A stretch of 64,000 bases of DNA from positions 32,001 to 96,000 of the forward strand of contig CBDCTA010000022.1 in assembly GCA_965221955.1 (NCBI GenBank). The letters run 5' to 3'. The notes beneath the pieces are model-generated. The model had not been told where the DNA came from, did no database searches, and was given only the letters and a program-made list of their open reading frames with translations. This document shows, in pieces, positions 49,981 through 60,262 of this stretch. This stretch comes from Gammaproteobacteria bacterium (GTDB lineage Bacteria; Pseudomonadota; Gammaproteobacteria; UBA4575). The position numbers were made by a program, and so were the translations under genes. Position 1 is the stretch's first letter, and the number at the start of each line of letters is the position of its first letter.

Positions 49981-50418
49981 TTACCCTTCTACTGATATCT
50001 TTTTGGGTAACGCCTTTTCCTTTTTAGGAATATGTAGCTTTAACACACCATGTTCAGTTTTTGCAGAGATATTTTCTGCGTCTGCAGTATCAGGTAGTGT
50101 AAAGCGGCGGTAAAAACTTCCATAACTACGCTCAGTGCGTGAATAACCTTCACCTTCATCTTTAGTTTCTGCCTTACGTTCACCTTTAATAGTAAGTACT
50201 CCGTCTTCAAATGAAATATCAATGTCTTTAGGCCCCACACCGGGAACATCTGCAGCGACCTCATAAGCGTCTTTGCCTTCTTTAATATCGACACTAGGCA
50301 CCCAGTCTGTAGCCGTATCCACATAAGCAGCGGCATTTGTATTAAAAATTCGATCTAACTCTCCGCGAAACTCACGAAAAGAATCCATTGGGTCTCTATA
50401 AACTCTTGTAAGCATCAT
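49981..50418 (-). CDS. Hsp20/alpha-crystallin small heat shock protein
   Basis: WVPSVDIKE, ERSYGSFYRRFTLP and GVL.L.IPK motifs. Confidence 0.95.
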   Translation of the reverse strand: MMLTRVYRDPMDSFREFRGELDRIFNTNAAAYVDTATDWVPSVDIKEGKDAYEVAADVPGVGPKDIDISFEDGVLTIKGERKAETKDEGEGYSRTERSYGSFYRRFTLPDTADAENISAKTEHGVLKLHIPKKEKALPKKISVEG

Positions 50419-50460
50419 TCGCCTCCATAGAAATAAACAATTAAATTCGATGTCTATTGA

Positions 50461-50486
50461 ATATGGGCTATTTTTGCTATTTCAAG
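50461..50486 (-). promoter_or_regulatory. RpoH (sigma32)-like promoter
   Basis: CTTGAAA-N12-CCCATAT upstream of hsp20-cbpA. Confidence 0.6.
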
Positions 50487-50538
50487 GGCTATTTTTAAGA
50501 AATTTATTTGCAGGGACGTAATGTATGCCGGTAACTCA

Positions 50539-50586
50539 CGACTGCATGGATGCAGGAGGTAGAGCGACGCAAGAAGCCAGAGTCGA
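50539..50586 (-). mobile_element. 48-bp mini-element inserted within a CCGGTAAC/GTTACCGG hairpin
   Basis: Homologous to 9276-9323; host stem arms at 50528-50535 and 50594-50601. Confidence 0.65.
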
Positions 50587-50611
50587 GGATACGGTTACCG
50601 GTACAGCTTTA

Positions 50612-51121
50612 TTAGGTGGCCTCAAATTGTGCTGCTGCACGGTTTTTTTGTACCGCATCTGGGGTGAAAATCTGACCATTCATGGCTAGATATACGCCAT
50701 GGGGCAAATGCTGAGCGGCCGCAATGGCATAACCAATATTGAAGATGGCATCGGTATTTCGAAACCGCGCCGGTTGCATCGCACCGGTAAGTACGATGGT
50801 TTTGTTCTTAATTTCTTCTAAACGTTGCGCCGTGTTGATCATAGTATCTGTGCCATGCGTGATAAGGATGTGCTCACAGGGTTCAGCCGCAACTTGCTTA
50901 AAAATTAATTCACGATCTTCATCTGTGATTTCTAAGCTGTCTTTTTTCAGTATTGAAGCCACTTCAAATGAAAATTTTGCCAGTGCTTCTTTTAATATAT
51001 TTTTTACAACAGGATCACCGATTTGATATTCGCTTAAGGCATCAAAATACACTTTGTCAATAGTACCCCCCGTACAAAATATTTTGACTTGATGTTTTTT
51101 TACATGATCTTCACTGGACAT
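50612..51121 (-). CDS. Short asparaginase-domain protein
   Basis: TGGTIDK, THGTDTM and TGAMQP motifs. Confidence 0.9.
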   Translation of the reverse strand: MSSEDHVKKHQVKIFCTGGTIDKVYFDALSEYQIGDPVVKNILKEALAKFSFEVASILKKDSLEITDEDRELIFKQVAAEPCEHILITHGTDTMINTAQRLEEIKNKTIVLTGAMQPARFRNTDAIFNIGYAIAAAQHLPHGVYLAMNGQIFTPDAVQKNRAAAQFEAT

Positions 51122-51161
51122 AATTTATTTCTACTCTCTATTAACTTCTAAGTCTTTCATA

Positions 51162-51282
51162 GAAGTTCTGATTTTTTTCTGATACGAGGCAAAAAATATC
51201 GAGAAGAGTGATGTGTATACGTTTATACATGAGCGACTTCGAGATTATTTTTTAACAATGTAGCAGGATAAATCAGAGCTTC
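51162..51282. repeat. ~120-bp long imperfect palindrome (MITE-like intergenic element)
   Basis: Termini GAAGTTCTGATTT / AAATCAGAGCTTC (12/13 complementary) with further internal pairing. Confidence 0.6.
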
Positions 51283-51284
51283 CT

Positions 51285-52151
51285 TTATTCAATGTTTTGT
51301 ACTTGCTCACGCATCTGTTCGATTAGAACTTTCAAATCTACTGCGGCTTGGGTCGTCTCGATATCAGCAGATTTAGAAGCCAATGTATTCGCTTCACGAT
51401 TAAATTCTTGCATTAAAAAATCTAAGCGCCTACCAATAGGATCTTTGCGTTGGAAAATACTTTGCATTTCACTCAGATGACTATCTAAACGATCCAGTTC
51501 TTCTGCTATATCTAGCTTTTGCGAAGTATATACAAGCTCTTGCTCAAAACGTTGTTGATCAAATTCTAAATTTAATTCATCGATACGTTGTTGTTGTTTT
51601 TGTTTAAGTGCCTCTAGCACTTGCGGGTAACGAACACGCACTTGTTTCACAATGCTATTAATTTCTTCACAGCGTTCTTCTAACATGTCTTTTAAACGTT
51701 CCCCTTCCGTACTGCGCATATCGACCAATTGCTCCGTAGCCTTTTGAAACAAGTCTAAACAAGTTGCATGAAAACTTTGCATATCTACTTCTGCGGTGCG
51801 CACAACACCTGGCCAAGAAAGAAGATCGACCGCTTCAGCAGGCGTAGCTTGAGGAAGTTTCTCGTTTACATGATGGATTTGTTTAAGAAGACTTTCTAAC
51901 AAAGGTTCGTTCAGCTCAAGTGCCGCAGTTTGGGCTTCTGCAAGTTGATAACGAAACACACAATCCACCTTGCCACGCGCCAAATGTTTTTGTAAATGTT
52001 GACGCAGCTGAGGCTCGAGCCGACGTACTTCTTCTGGAAGACGAAAATTGATCTCTAAATAGCGATGATTGACGGAGCGCAGCTCCCAGCTCACATTCCC
52101 TTGCTCACACACATCTTCAACTCTTGCAAATCCCGTCATACTGCAAAGCAT
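51285..52151 (-). CDS. yicC: YicC/YloC family endoribonuclease
   Basis: SMTGF, ELRSVNHRYLE and GRRLDFLMQEFNREANTL motifs. Confidence 0.95.
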   Translation of the reverse strand: MLCSMTGFARVEDVCEQGNVSWELRSVNHRYLEINFRLPEEVRRLEPQLRQHLQKHLARGKVDCVFRYQLAEAQTAALELNEPLLESLLKQIHHVNEKLPQATPAEAVDLLSWPGVVRTAEVDMQSFHATCLDLFQKATEQLVDMRSTEGERLKDMLEERCEEINSIVKQVRVRYPQVLEALKQKQQQRIDELNLEFDQQRFEQELVYTSQKLDIAEELDRLDSHLSEMQSIFQRKDPIGRRLDFLMQEFNREANTLASKSADIETTQAAVDLKVLIEQMREQVQNIE

Positions 52152-52286
52152 GGCATTAATCCTTATTTCTCTTTGATCCAATCAAATTCTATTTCTAAAC
52201 CATCCAACCCTACATTTTCTTGAGAAATGTAATGGAATTTTTTGCGTATAATGCGCGACTCTCAATCATTCCACCAGGTAGTTTTT

Positions 52287-53015
52287 ATGAGTTCTTTTAG
52301 TAGACCCAGTGGTCGTAATGCAGATCAACTGCGTGATGTCCGGTTTATCCGTAACTATACCAAGCATGCCGAAGGTTCAGTATTAGCTGAATTCGGCGAC
52401 ACTAAAGTATTGTGTACCGCTAGTGTAACGGATCAAGTACCAAAGTTTCTTAAGGGTAAAAACCAAGGCTGGGTTACCGCAGAATATGGAATGTTGCCTC
52501 GATCCACCAATAGCCGTATGTCTAGAGAGGCGGCACGTGGCAAACAAGGAGGCCGCACGCTAGAAATCCAGCGTTTAATTGGACGTTCGCTGCGTGCAGC
52601 CATGGACCTTAAACAACTGGGCGAATATTCCATTACAGTTGATTGCGATGTCATTCAGGCAGACGGTGGTACACGCACTACCTCTATTTCCGGTGGCTTT
52701 GTTGCACTCAGTGATGCGATCCAAAAAATGCTTGGCAATGGCGATCTTAAAACCAATCCGATTACACACAATGTTGCAGCCATTTCCGTAGGCATTTACC
52801 AAAACACTCCGGTATTGGATTTAGATTATGCTGAAGACTGTAGCGCAGAAACGGATATGAATATTGTCATGAATGACCAACAAGCTTTTATTGAAATTCA
52901 AGGTACTGCAGAGCAAGAAGCGTTCTCACAAGATGAGCTCTCAAGTTTATTAGCACTTGGGAACAAAGGTATTCAAGAAATTATTCAACAACAAAAAGCT
53001 TGTATGCAAACATAA
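52287..53015 (+). CDS. rph: Ribonuclease PH
   Basis: [16 protein letters not shown] and [13 protein letters not shown] motifs. Confidence 0.97.
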   Translation: MSSFSRPSGRNADQLRDVRFIRNYTKHAEGSVLAEFGDTKVLCTASVTDQVPKFLKGKNQGWVTAEYGMLPRSTNSRMSREAARGKQGGRTLEIQRLIGRSLRAAMDLKQLGEYSITVDCDVIQADGGTRTTSISGGFVALSDAIQKMLGNGDLKTNPITHNVAAISVGIYQNTPVLDLDYAEDCSAETDMNIVMNDQQAFIEIQGTAEQEAFSQDELSSLLALGNKGIQEIIQQQKACMQT

Positions 53016-53017
53016 CG

Positions 53018-53626
53018 ATGCCAAGAAATAGCGTTTCATCTGAAAAAATTGTCTTAGCCAGCGGCAACTCTGGAAAACTAAGAGAGATCCAAGCAGTTTT
53101 AGATCAACAACGTTTTCAACTTGTTAAACAATCTGAATTCAATGTATCGGATGCTGCAGAAACGGGCACCACATTCGTTGAGAATGCCATCATCAAAGCC
53201 CGTCACGCTGCTGATCAAACTGGCTTACCTGCTTTAGCAGATGATTCTGGAATCGAAGTCGATGCTTTGCAAGGCGCACCTGGAGTGTATAGTGCACGTT
53301 ATGCTGGAACACATGGTGATGATGATGCTAACAACGCAAAATTATTAGAAGAATTAAAAGGTGTTCCAGACGAACAGCGCAGTGCACGTTTCCAGTGTGT
53401 CATCGTATATATGCGTCATGCACAAGACCCTATGCCACTAATTTGTGAAGGTACTTGGGAAGGTAAAATATTACATGAACTTAAAGGACCCAATGGCTTT
53501 GGCTACGATCCTTTATTCTATGTGCCTACACATAGATGTTCTTCTGCTGAGTTAGGCCCTGCGGAAAAAAATAAAATTAGCCACCGTGCGCATGCATTGA
53601 AAAAACTTATTAAGGCACTTAACTAA
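53018..53626 (+). CDS. rdgB: dITP/XTP pyrophosphatase
   Basis: [21 protein letters not shown] and KNKISHR motifs. Confidence 0.95.
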   Translation: MPRNSVSSEKIVLASGNSGKLREIQAVLDQQRFQLVKQSEFNVSDAAETGTTFVENAIIKARHAADQTGLPALADDSGIEVDALQGAPGVYSARYAGTHGDDDANNAKLLEELKGVPDEQRSARFQCVIVYMRHAQDPMPLICEGTWEGKILHELKGPNGFGYDPLFYVPTHRCSSAELGPAEKNKISHRAHALKKLIKALN

Positions 53627-53642
53627 CCTTGGCTTGGTTTAA

Positions 53643-54821
53643 TTGCATCTAAATACAAAACATATACCGCTCTCTTTATACATCCATCTCCCATGGTGCA
53701 TTAAAAAGTGTCCTTACTGCGATTTTAACTCGCACGAAATTCAACAAACGGTTCCTGAAGAACAATATATCGATGCACTGATTGCTGATTTAACCTTTCA
53801 TGCAAACGATGTTCATGGTCGGGAATTAATAAGTATTTTTATCGGCGGTGGCACACCCAGTATATTTTCAGCAAGCAGTATTAAGCGCTTGCTTGGCACA
53901 ATTGATGAATTACTTATTCTGAGTAAACACATTGAAATCACTATTGAAGCCAATCCAGGCACCATGGACCAAGAAAATTTTTCTGGGTTTCGCGAAGCTG
54001 GTGTAAATCGCATTTCGATAGGTGTACAAAGTTTTTCTGATCAACAATTGCTAAAGCTTGGTCGCATTCATGATGCACAAGCTGCCATAGACAGTGTGCA
54101 CGCGGCGAAACAAGCGGGTTTTGAAAACATCAACCTAGACTTAATGTATGCTTTGCCACAACAAGATCTTAAAACTGCGTTAAACGATGTTGAGCAAGCT
54201 ATTGCGCTAAACCCAACTCATATTTCTTATTATCAACTTACCTTAGAGCCCAACACAGCGTTTTATCGTCAACCTCCTGTACTTCCGGACACTCAAACGA
54301 GTTGGAAAATTCAACAAGCGGGAATGCAACTACTTGCTGATCATAGTTACTCGCAATATGAAGTCTCCGCCTACGCAAAAGATGACTATACATGTAAACA
54401 CAACCAAAATTATTGGCGGTTTGGAGACTATCTCGGTATCGGTGCAGGTGCCCACCAGAAATTAAGTTTTAGTTCTACCAATTCGATCGTACGTTGTGAA
54501 AAACCTAAACACCCACAGCAATATATGCGCTCGATAAGAGACAAAAAACCTATAACCGAAACGTATTCTCTAAATAAACAAGATATTATTTTTGAATTTA
54601 TGCTGAATGCCTTGCGTTTAAAACATGGATTTAGCCAAGCACAATTCGAGGCACACACAGGGTTAGCTTTTCAAACTATTGATGAAAATCTACAAACGCA
54701 TATCGATGAAGGTTTGTTAGTAATGGAGAATAATACCGTTCACTGTAGTGAACGTGGCTACCGTTTCTTGGATGAGCTATTACAAAAGTGGCTTCCAGAC
54801 ACGCAACACCATGCTGCATAG
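53643..54821 (+). CDS. hemW: Radical SAM heme chaperone HemW
   Basis: YIHLPWCIKKCPYCDFNSH, GGGTPS and HNQNYW motifs. Confidence 0.93.
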   Translation: MHLNTKHIPLSLYIHLPWCIKKCPYCDFNSHEIQQTVPEEQYIDALIADLTFHANDVHGRELISIFIGGGTPSIFSASSIKRLLGTIDELLILSKHIEITIEANPGTMDQENFSGFREAGVNRISIGVQSFSDQQLLKLGRIHDAQAAIDSVHAAKQAGFENINLDLMYALPQQDLKTALNDVEQAIALNPTHISYYQLTLEPNTAFYRQPPVLPDTQTSWKIQQAGMQLLADHSYSQYEVSAYAKDDYTCKHNQNYWRFGDYLGIGAGAHQKLSFSSTNSIVRCEKPKHPQQYMRSIRDKKPITETYSLNKQDIIFEFMLNALRLKHGFSQAQFEAHTGLAFQTIDENLQTHIDEGLLVMENNTVHCSERGYRFLDELLQKWLPDTQHHAA

Positions 54822-54901
54822 ACATTGTCTGCCTGGGTGCTGTCATATTTAAAAAAGATTTTTATTGCAATCTAATTTTAGATTTTCGATAGGATTACAT
54901 T

Positions 54902-56770
54902 ATGCAAACAAAATCACTGCTATTGCTTGCTTTATCCATCATCGCAGCCCTGTTTATAGGTTATGGCTTAGGGCATCACTTTGCCACGAATATGACTAGC
55001 GATGTCTTCACACAAAACCTTGCTTCACCAACGGTAGCAGCAACCACAATGAGTATTGAAGCGGCACAATTACAGCGAGAAGAACACTATCAAAACATTA
55101 ACAGTATTTCAGAAATACTGTCCTTACCTTCTTTATTTGCTCAGAAAGAAGCACTACATGCGATAGCGGGACGCGCAAATAAATTGTTGCTATTAAAGTT
55201 ACTAAAAGAATCTGCAGGTGTAAGCAATACTCAACAACGCCACAACTTGATGCAAGTATTAGTATCGCGCCTTACTGAAATCGATCCGCAAAGCGCTGCA
55301 AAAATTGCAATAGAAGATTATAAAAACAGAAACTATTCATTATTGTCTGAGGTATATCAAAATTGGGCCAAGCTCGATACCGATGCTGCAATAAAAAGTG
55401 CGAATAACATTAAAGATCGATATCAACATGACACCGCAGCACAAGGAATTATTGCTGCGATTGATGTCGATAATATTTCACTCATACTAGAAGTTTCAGA
55501 ACGTTTAGGCTTAGAGCCCAATCAAGAACAATATCTAAGTGTTGCCTTAATCGAAAAAGCTGCACAAAACCCAGAAGCAGCAATGCAAGAAGCCATGCTT
55601 ATGCCCAAAGGCTATGAACGTGAAAACGCTATGATCGGTGCTATTGATGCTTGGGCGGCACAAGATCCAGAACAAGCTTTTGCATTTACACAAAAAATTA
55701 ACGACAGAATCGCGCGCCAACGTTTACAAGAGTCTGTGTTATACCGTTGGGCCGAAATCGATCCACAAGCCGCCTATGAAATCATGGCGACGCTACCGAA
55801 AAGTAACATCACAAACATTAGTTACACAGTTTTCACGAATTTAGCTAATCAAGATCCTAGAGAAGCGTTAGACATTATTGAAAATATTCCTTCTTCTCGA
55901 CATCGTAGTGATGCGTATAGCGCAACCATTACAACTTGGGCGGCTAAGGATGCACGAGCTGCAGCAAGTTATGTAGCACAATTGGATAATAAACAATTAC
56001 AACTACAATTATCTTCTACCATTGTGCAATATTTAAGTGAACAATCTCCTGAAGAAGCTTTGGTTTGGGCCAAAGAAATGGATCCAACGGGTCAACAATA
56101 CTTACAAGATACTGTAGTAGGACAAATCGCAGCGAAAGATCCGGAGCGTGCATTTCAAATTGCTCAAACCGCACAACAAACTACTCTACGAAAGCAGCTC
56201 AGTCTTACTGTGATCAACAACTTATCTTATTCAGACCCCGTACGTGCAGCTGAACTCATTGATCAATTGCCGATTGTTGATGTCGATAGTGAATTGATTA
56301 ATTCTGTGATGTACGGTTGGGCGAATAGTGACCCAGAAGCAGCTATGATTTGGGTTAATGGTAAAACAGGGCAACTACGTGATGACGGCTTAATCAGTCT
56401 CGGAAATCAGCTTGCGAGTACTGATCCAGACTTAGCTGCTAGTTATTTACCGCAATTGAATGGACCAGTACGCGAGAGTTGGGCACAAAATATTACTTAT
56501 TATTATTCTTCCTATGATGTATCCGAAGCGGCTAGTTGGATTGAAAACTTCCGTGGTGAAAAAGTGTATGGCGCACTACTTCGCTCCGTTGCCAGCACAG
56601 CGGCAAATACTGATGTCGACTATGCCTTGGAATTGGCTCAGAACATGCCTACGAAGCAAGAGCGTAATGACTTAATTCGCCAAATTGCGGATCAAATTGC
56701 TTATAACGACCCTCAGCGAGCACAGCAACTGTATGACCGTCTACCGGTTGAAGATCAGCCCGAAAGCTGA
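54902..56770 (+). CDS. Membrane-anchored alpha-helical repeat protein (WAxxDPxxA repeats)
   Basis: More than ten recurrences such as WAAQDPEQA, WAEIDPQAA and WANSDPEAA. Confidence 0.8.
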   Translation: MQTKSLLLLALSIIAALFIGYGLGHHFATNMTSDVFTQNLASPTVAATTMSIEAAQLQREEHYQNINSISEILSLPSLFAQKEALHAIAGRANKLLLLKLLKESAGVSNTQQRHNLMQVLVSRLTEIDPQSAAKIAIEDYKNRNYSLLSEVYQNWAKLDTDAAIKSANNIKDRYQHDTAAQGIIAAIDVDNISLILEVSERLGLEPNQEQYLSVALIEKAAQNPEAAMQEAMLMPKGYERENAMIGAIDAWAAQDPEQAFAFTQKINDRIARQRLQESVLYRWAEIDPQAAYEIMATLPKSNITNISYTVFTNLANQDPREALDIIENIPSSRHRSDAYSATITTWAAKDARAAASYVAQLDNKQLQLQLSSTIVQYLSEQSPEEALVWAKEMDPTGQQYLQDTVVGQIAAKDPERAFQIAQTAQQTTLRKQLSLTVINNLSYSDPVRAAELIDQLPIVDVDSELINSVMYGWANSDPEAAMIWVNGKTGQLRDDGLISLGNQLASTDPDLAASYLPQLNGPVRESWAQNITYYYSSYDVSEAASWIENFRGEKVYGALLRSVASTAANTDVDYALELAQNMPTKQERNDLIRQIADQIAYNDPQRAQQLYDRLPVEDQPES

Positions 56771-56778
56771 TCCTCCTG

Positions 56779-56976
56779 ATGAGTAATCACTTAAGCAGCT
56801 CACTGATCCAATGCCCTTATTGTGGTGAACAATTAGAGCTTCTGCTGGATGCCAGCACTGGCAGCCACCACTATGTAGAAGATTGTCAAGTCTGCTGCGC
56901 ACCCATCGAAGTTACTGTGCGTGTGAACGTTAACGGTGAGGTTATCGAGGTGCTTAGTAAACGAGATTGTGACTAG
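56779..56976 (+). CDS. CPXCG-motif cysteine-rich protein
   Basis: CPYCGE ... YVEDCQVCCAPI. Confidence 0.88.
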   Translation: MSNHLSSSLIQCPYCGEQLELLLDASTGSHHYVEDCQVCCAPIEVTVRVNVNGEVIEVLSKRDCD

Positions 56977-57021
56977 CAAAATACCTCACAGGGACCATAT
57001 ATTTTGTATTTCGTAGCAATG

Positions 57022-57255
57022 TTATACACAAGCGTAATTAAAATGACGCTATTCATGGCTTTGTTTGATCAATAAATCGTCAATTCGAGCATTATTAGCA
57101 TAAGTCTAATAAAAACAATCAGTTAAATTCTTGTATGTTTTTTAGGCGATTTAATAAAAGTGTAAAATTTCTCGAGTTTTGTCGATAGACTTTAAATATA
57201 TGCACAGTTTTATCCACAGATTTTGTGGATAAGTGATAAACCCCTATGTGGACAA
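57022..57255. promoter_or_regulatory. DnaA-box cluster
   Basis: TTATACACA 57022, TTATCCACA 57210, TGTGGATAA 57224, TGTGGACAA 57247. Confidence 0.7.
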
Positions 57256-57391
57256 TCACTTAAGCGTACATTATCAGGAATCTTATAAAGGAATGGCGCA
57301 AACTATAGCCCAAATAGCCAGGCTTGAGTTGGCTTGCCGGGTTGCGTATGATCCGCGGGCTCTAAGGAGAAACATCTAAAATTTAAGCATC

Positions 57392-57601
57392 ATGAAACCA
57401 GATATTCATCCAAATTACCAAGAAGTGAATGTGACCTGCAGCTGCGGCAACACTTTTACTACACGTTCTACCTACGGTAATGATGCAATGAGCATCGATG
57501 TCTGCTCCCAATGCCATCCATTTTTCACCGGTAAACAAAAGATTGTAGACACCGCAGGTCAGGTGGATAAATTCCGCAAACGCTACGGCAATAAAAGCTA
57601 G
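57392..57601 (+). CDS. rpmE: 50S ribosomal protein L31 (Zn-binding type)
   Basis: [14 protein letters not shown] and [10 protein letters not shown] motifs. Confidence 0.97.
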   Translation: MKPDIHPNYQEVNVTCSCGNTFTTRSTYGNDAMSIDVCSQCHPFFTGKQKIVDTAGQVDKFRKRYGNKS

Positions 57602-57824
57602 TTTCTAAAATTCTTTCAGGAAGTATGGGCCGAGATTAATTTCGGTTCTTAACTGAGCATTTCTTAACAACCACTTGTGTAGGGTTTTATCGCCAGATGT
57701 ATTTGGCATCTGAGCTGAACGGGGCTAGGATTATGCATAATCTTAAGAAAAACTGTGGAAACTTTACGCCACACATTCACGTCAAATACACAATAACATT
57801 TGCCAGAATATTGAGGACACTATA

Positions 57825-59288
57825 ATGGGCAAACAATTAAACCTTTTCGTACTCGGTTCACTGCTTGTCGCAAGCTTTATTTTTGGTGGCTGTGCCACCA
57901 ACCCAGTGACTGGCAAACAAGATTTCGTGTTGATGTCAGAATCCCAAGAAATTAATTTGGGTAAACAAGCACATCAACAGATAATGAAACAATACCGTCC
58001 TTATAACGACCCTGCATTGCAAAGCTATGTAGAAGGCTTAGTTGATGAACTTGGTAAGAAAAGTCATCGCTCCAACCTTGTCTATCATGTAACGGTTTTA
58101 GATAGCCCACAAATAAATGCCTTTGCACTTCCAGGCGGCTATCTCTATATCACCCGTGGCATCATGGCTTACATGAACTCAGAAGCTGAATTAGCTGGCG
58201 TGTTAGGACATGAGCTTGGTCACATCACAGCACGCCACGGCGTACGTCAACAAAGTGCAGGCACCGTGGCGGGAATATTAGGTGCCGGCGTTGGAATCCT
58301 TACCGGCAGTAGTCAAGTTGCACAGGCTGCAAACATCGGTAGCACAGCTTTGATCCGAGGTTATGGTCGTAATCATGAATTAGAAGCGGATCGTCTAGGC
58401 GCAGAATATTTAGCCAACGTCGGTTATGACCCACAAGAAATGCTTAAAGTTGTGGAAATTCTTAAAGATCAAGAAGACTTTGATAAACAACTCGCAAAAG
58501 AAGAAGGACGTGAACCACGTGCATACCACGGCACGTTTTCAACTCACCCAGCTAATGATAAGAGACTACAAGAAGTTATAGGCGCTGCGGATAAAATCAA
58601 AACCGCAGCTACACGAGAAGCAGGCCGTGAGAAGTTTTTAAAGTATATGGATGGCGCTACGCTAGGCAGTTCGGAAAAAGACGGCATATTGCGTAAAAAC
58701 AAGTTTTATCACAGCGATTTAAACTTATTTATTGAATTCCCAGTAGGTTGGAAAGTAGATAACTTACCGGACCGTTTAATTGCACAACCCAAAACCGGAG
58801 ATGCACAATTGCAAATTACCGTAGATGATTTGAATAAGAACCAAACTCCAAAAGAATATTTAGACGAACAATTCAAAGGACAGATTAGTAAAGGCCAGCC
58901 CGTTCAAACTGCAAACTTTAAAGGTTATACAGGGTTGACTACTCTTAACACTAAAGGTGGGAAAATCCCAAGTCGAGTAGCCGCCGTTTTCCAAGGCAAA
59001 CGCATTTATCAAGTGTTGATCGCAGGGAAAACTTCAGCTGCATTGAGTAAAAATGATGCTGCAGGCTTAAGTACTATTCGAAGTATGCGCCAATTAAAAA
59101 GCAGCGAGAGAAAATTAGCCAAACCAAAACACTTAAAACTAATCCGTGCTAAAAAAGGTGATACTTTTGCAGCGTTAGCTAAACGCTCAGACATTGCTAA
59201 TCATGCTGAAGAACAACTGCGTTTATTAAATGGTATGTATCCAGATGGAGAACCTAAAGCCGGACAACTGATTAAGATTGTTCAATAG
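57825..59288 (+). CDS. M48 family metalloprotease lipoprotein
   Basis: GGCATNPVTG lipobox; NAFALPGG, HELGH and ELEAD motifs; LysM-like C-terminus. Confidence 0.9.
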   Translation: MGKQLNLFVLGSLLVASFIFGGCATNPVTGKQDFVLMSESQEINLGKQAHQQIMKQYRPYNDPALQSYVEGLVDELGKKSHRSNLVYHVTVLDSPQINAFALPGGYLYITRGIMAYMNSEAELAGVLGHELGHITARHGVRQQSAGTVAGILGAGVGILTGSSQVAQAANIGSTALIRGYGRNHELEADRLGAEYLANVGYDPQEMLKVVEILKDQEDFDKQLAKEEGREPRAYHGTFSTHPANDKRLQEVIGAADKIKTAATREAGREKFLKYMDGATLGSSEKDGILRKNKFYHSDLNLFIEFPVGWKVDNLPDRLIAQPKTGDAQLQITVDDLNKNQTPKEYLDEQFKGQISKGQPVQTANFKGYTGLTTLNTKGGKIPSRVAAVFQGKRIYQVLIAGKTSAALSKNDAAGLSTIRSMRQLKSSERKLAKPKHLKLIRAKKGDTFAALAKRSDIANHAEEQLRLLNGMYPDGEPKAGQLIKIVQ

Positions 59289-59321
59289 TTTAGATTTTTT
59301 ATTGGCCAGTTGCATGACAGC

Positions 59322-59352
59322 AAAGCGACTCTCTAGTAGAGTCGCTTTTTTT
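59322..59352 (+). terminator. Intrinsic terminator
   Basis: AAAGCGACTCT-CTAGT-AGAGTCGCTTTTTTT. Confidence 0.88.
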
Positions 59353-59371
59353 ATGCTCATAAGATAAGTCC

Positions 59372-60262
59372 ATGACAGATAACGTCTATCTTGTAGATTC
59401 AAGTATTTATGTTTTCCGCGCCTGGTTTACGGTTCCTGATCATGTCGTGAATAAAAACAATGAACCCGTCAATGCCGTCTATGGTTTCGCCGACTTTGTA
59501 TTTCAGTTTTTACAACAAGCCAAACCAAATTACGTAAGCTTTGCCTTTGACGAAAGCTTACAAACTTCTTTTAGAAATGATCTCTATCCAGAATACAAAG
59601 CCAATCGTGAGCCTGCCCCAGAAGAACTAAAACGCCAGTTTGCTTATTGCCGTGAATTTATTGATGCCTTGGGCATTTGCCAGGTAGGAAGTCCACATTA
59701 TGAAGCCGATGATCTGATTGGCACTTTAGCAAAACGTATGCGCGACAAAGGTCATAAAATTACGATTCTTTCATCTGATAAAGACCTGGCCCAGCTCATC
59801 ACAGAAAACGATATATTTTGGAACTTTGCGAAAGGACAACGAAATTCTATTCCACAAATTAAAAAACAATTTGGTGTTTATCCTAAGCAAATCGCAGATC
59901 AATTGGCGATTGCCGGCGATACGGTCGATAACATCCCAGGTGTGCCTGGAATAGGCATGGCGACCGCAGCAAAATTGTTGAATAAGTTCTCCAGTTTAGA
60001 TGAGCTATTACAAAACATACCGAAAATTAGTGACATGAAAATTCGTGGCGCGAAGCGCATTCAAGGATTAATTGATGATCACCAAGAAGAGCTACTCCTA
60101 TATAGAAAGCTAACCAGCATAGAATGTGAAGCCAAATTGGCCGAACCTGTAAAACTCAAAAGGAAAACACCTGATTTCACAATGCTAAATGATTTATTTG
60201 AGCAATTAGATTTTGGTGAGTTTCGCAAAGAAAAATGGATGAAATTCTTAAAAGCTGCCTAA
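59372..60262 (+). CDS. Stand-alone 5'-3' exonuclease / flap endonuclease
   Basis: YPEYKANR, EADDLIG, SSDKDL and GD.VDNIPGVPGIG motifs. Confidence 0.92.
   Translation: MTDNVYLVDSSIYVFRAWFTVPDHVVNKNNEPVNAVYGFADFVFQFLQQAKPNYVSFAFDESLQTSFRNDLYPEYKANREPAPEELKRQFAYCREFIDALGICQVGSPHYEADDLIGTLAKRMRDKGHKITILSSDKDLAQLITENDIFWNFAKGQRNSIPQIKKQFGVYPKQIADQLAIAGDTVDNIPGVPGIGMATAAKLLNKFSSLDELLQNIPKISDMKIRGAKRIQGLIDDHQEELLLYRKLTSIECEAKLAEPVKLKRKTPDFTMLNDLFEQLDFGEFRKEKWMKFLKAA

Noticed and set aside
57022-57255. oriC
   Set aside because: No dnaA/gidA context, no GATC enrichment and no clear 13-mer DUE repeats.
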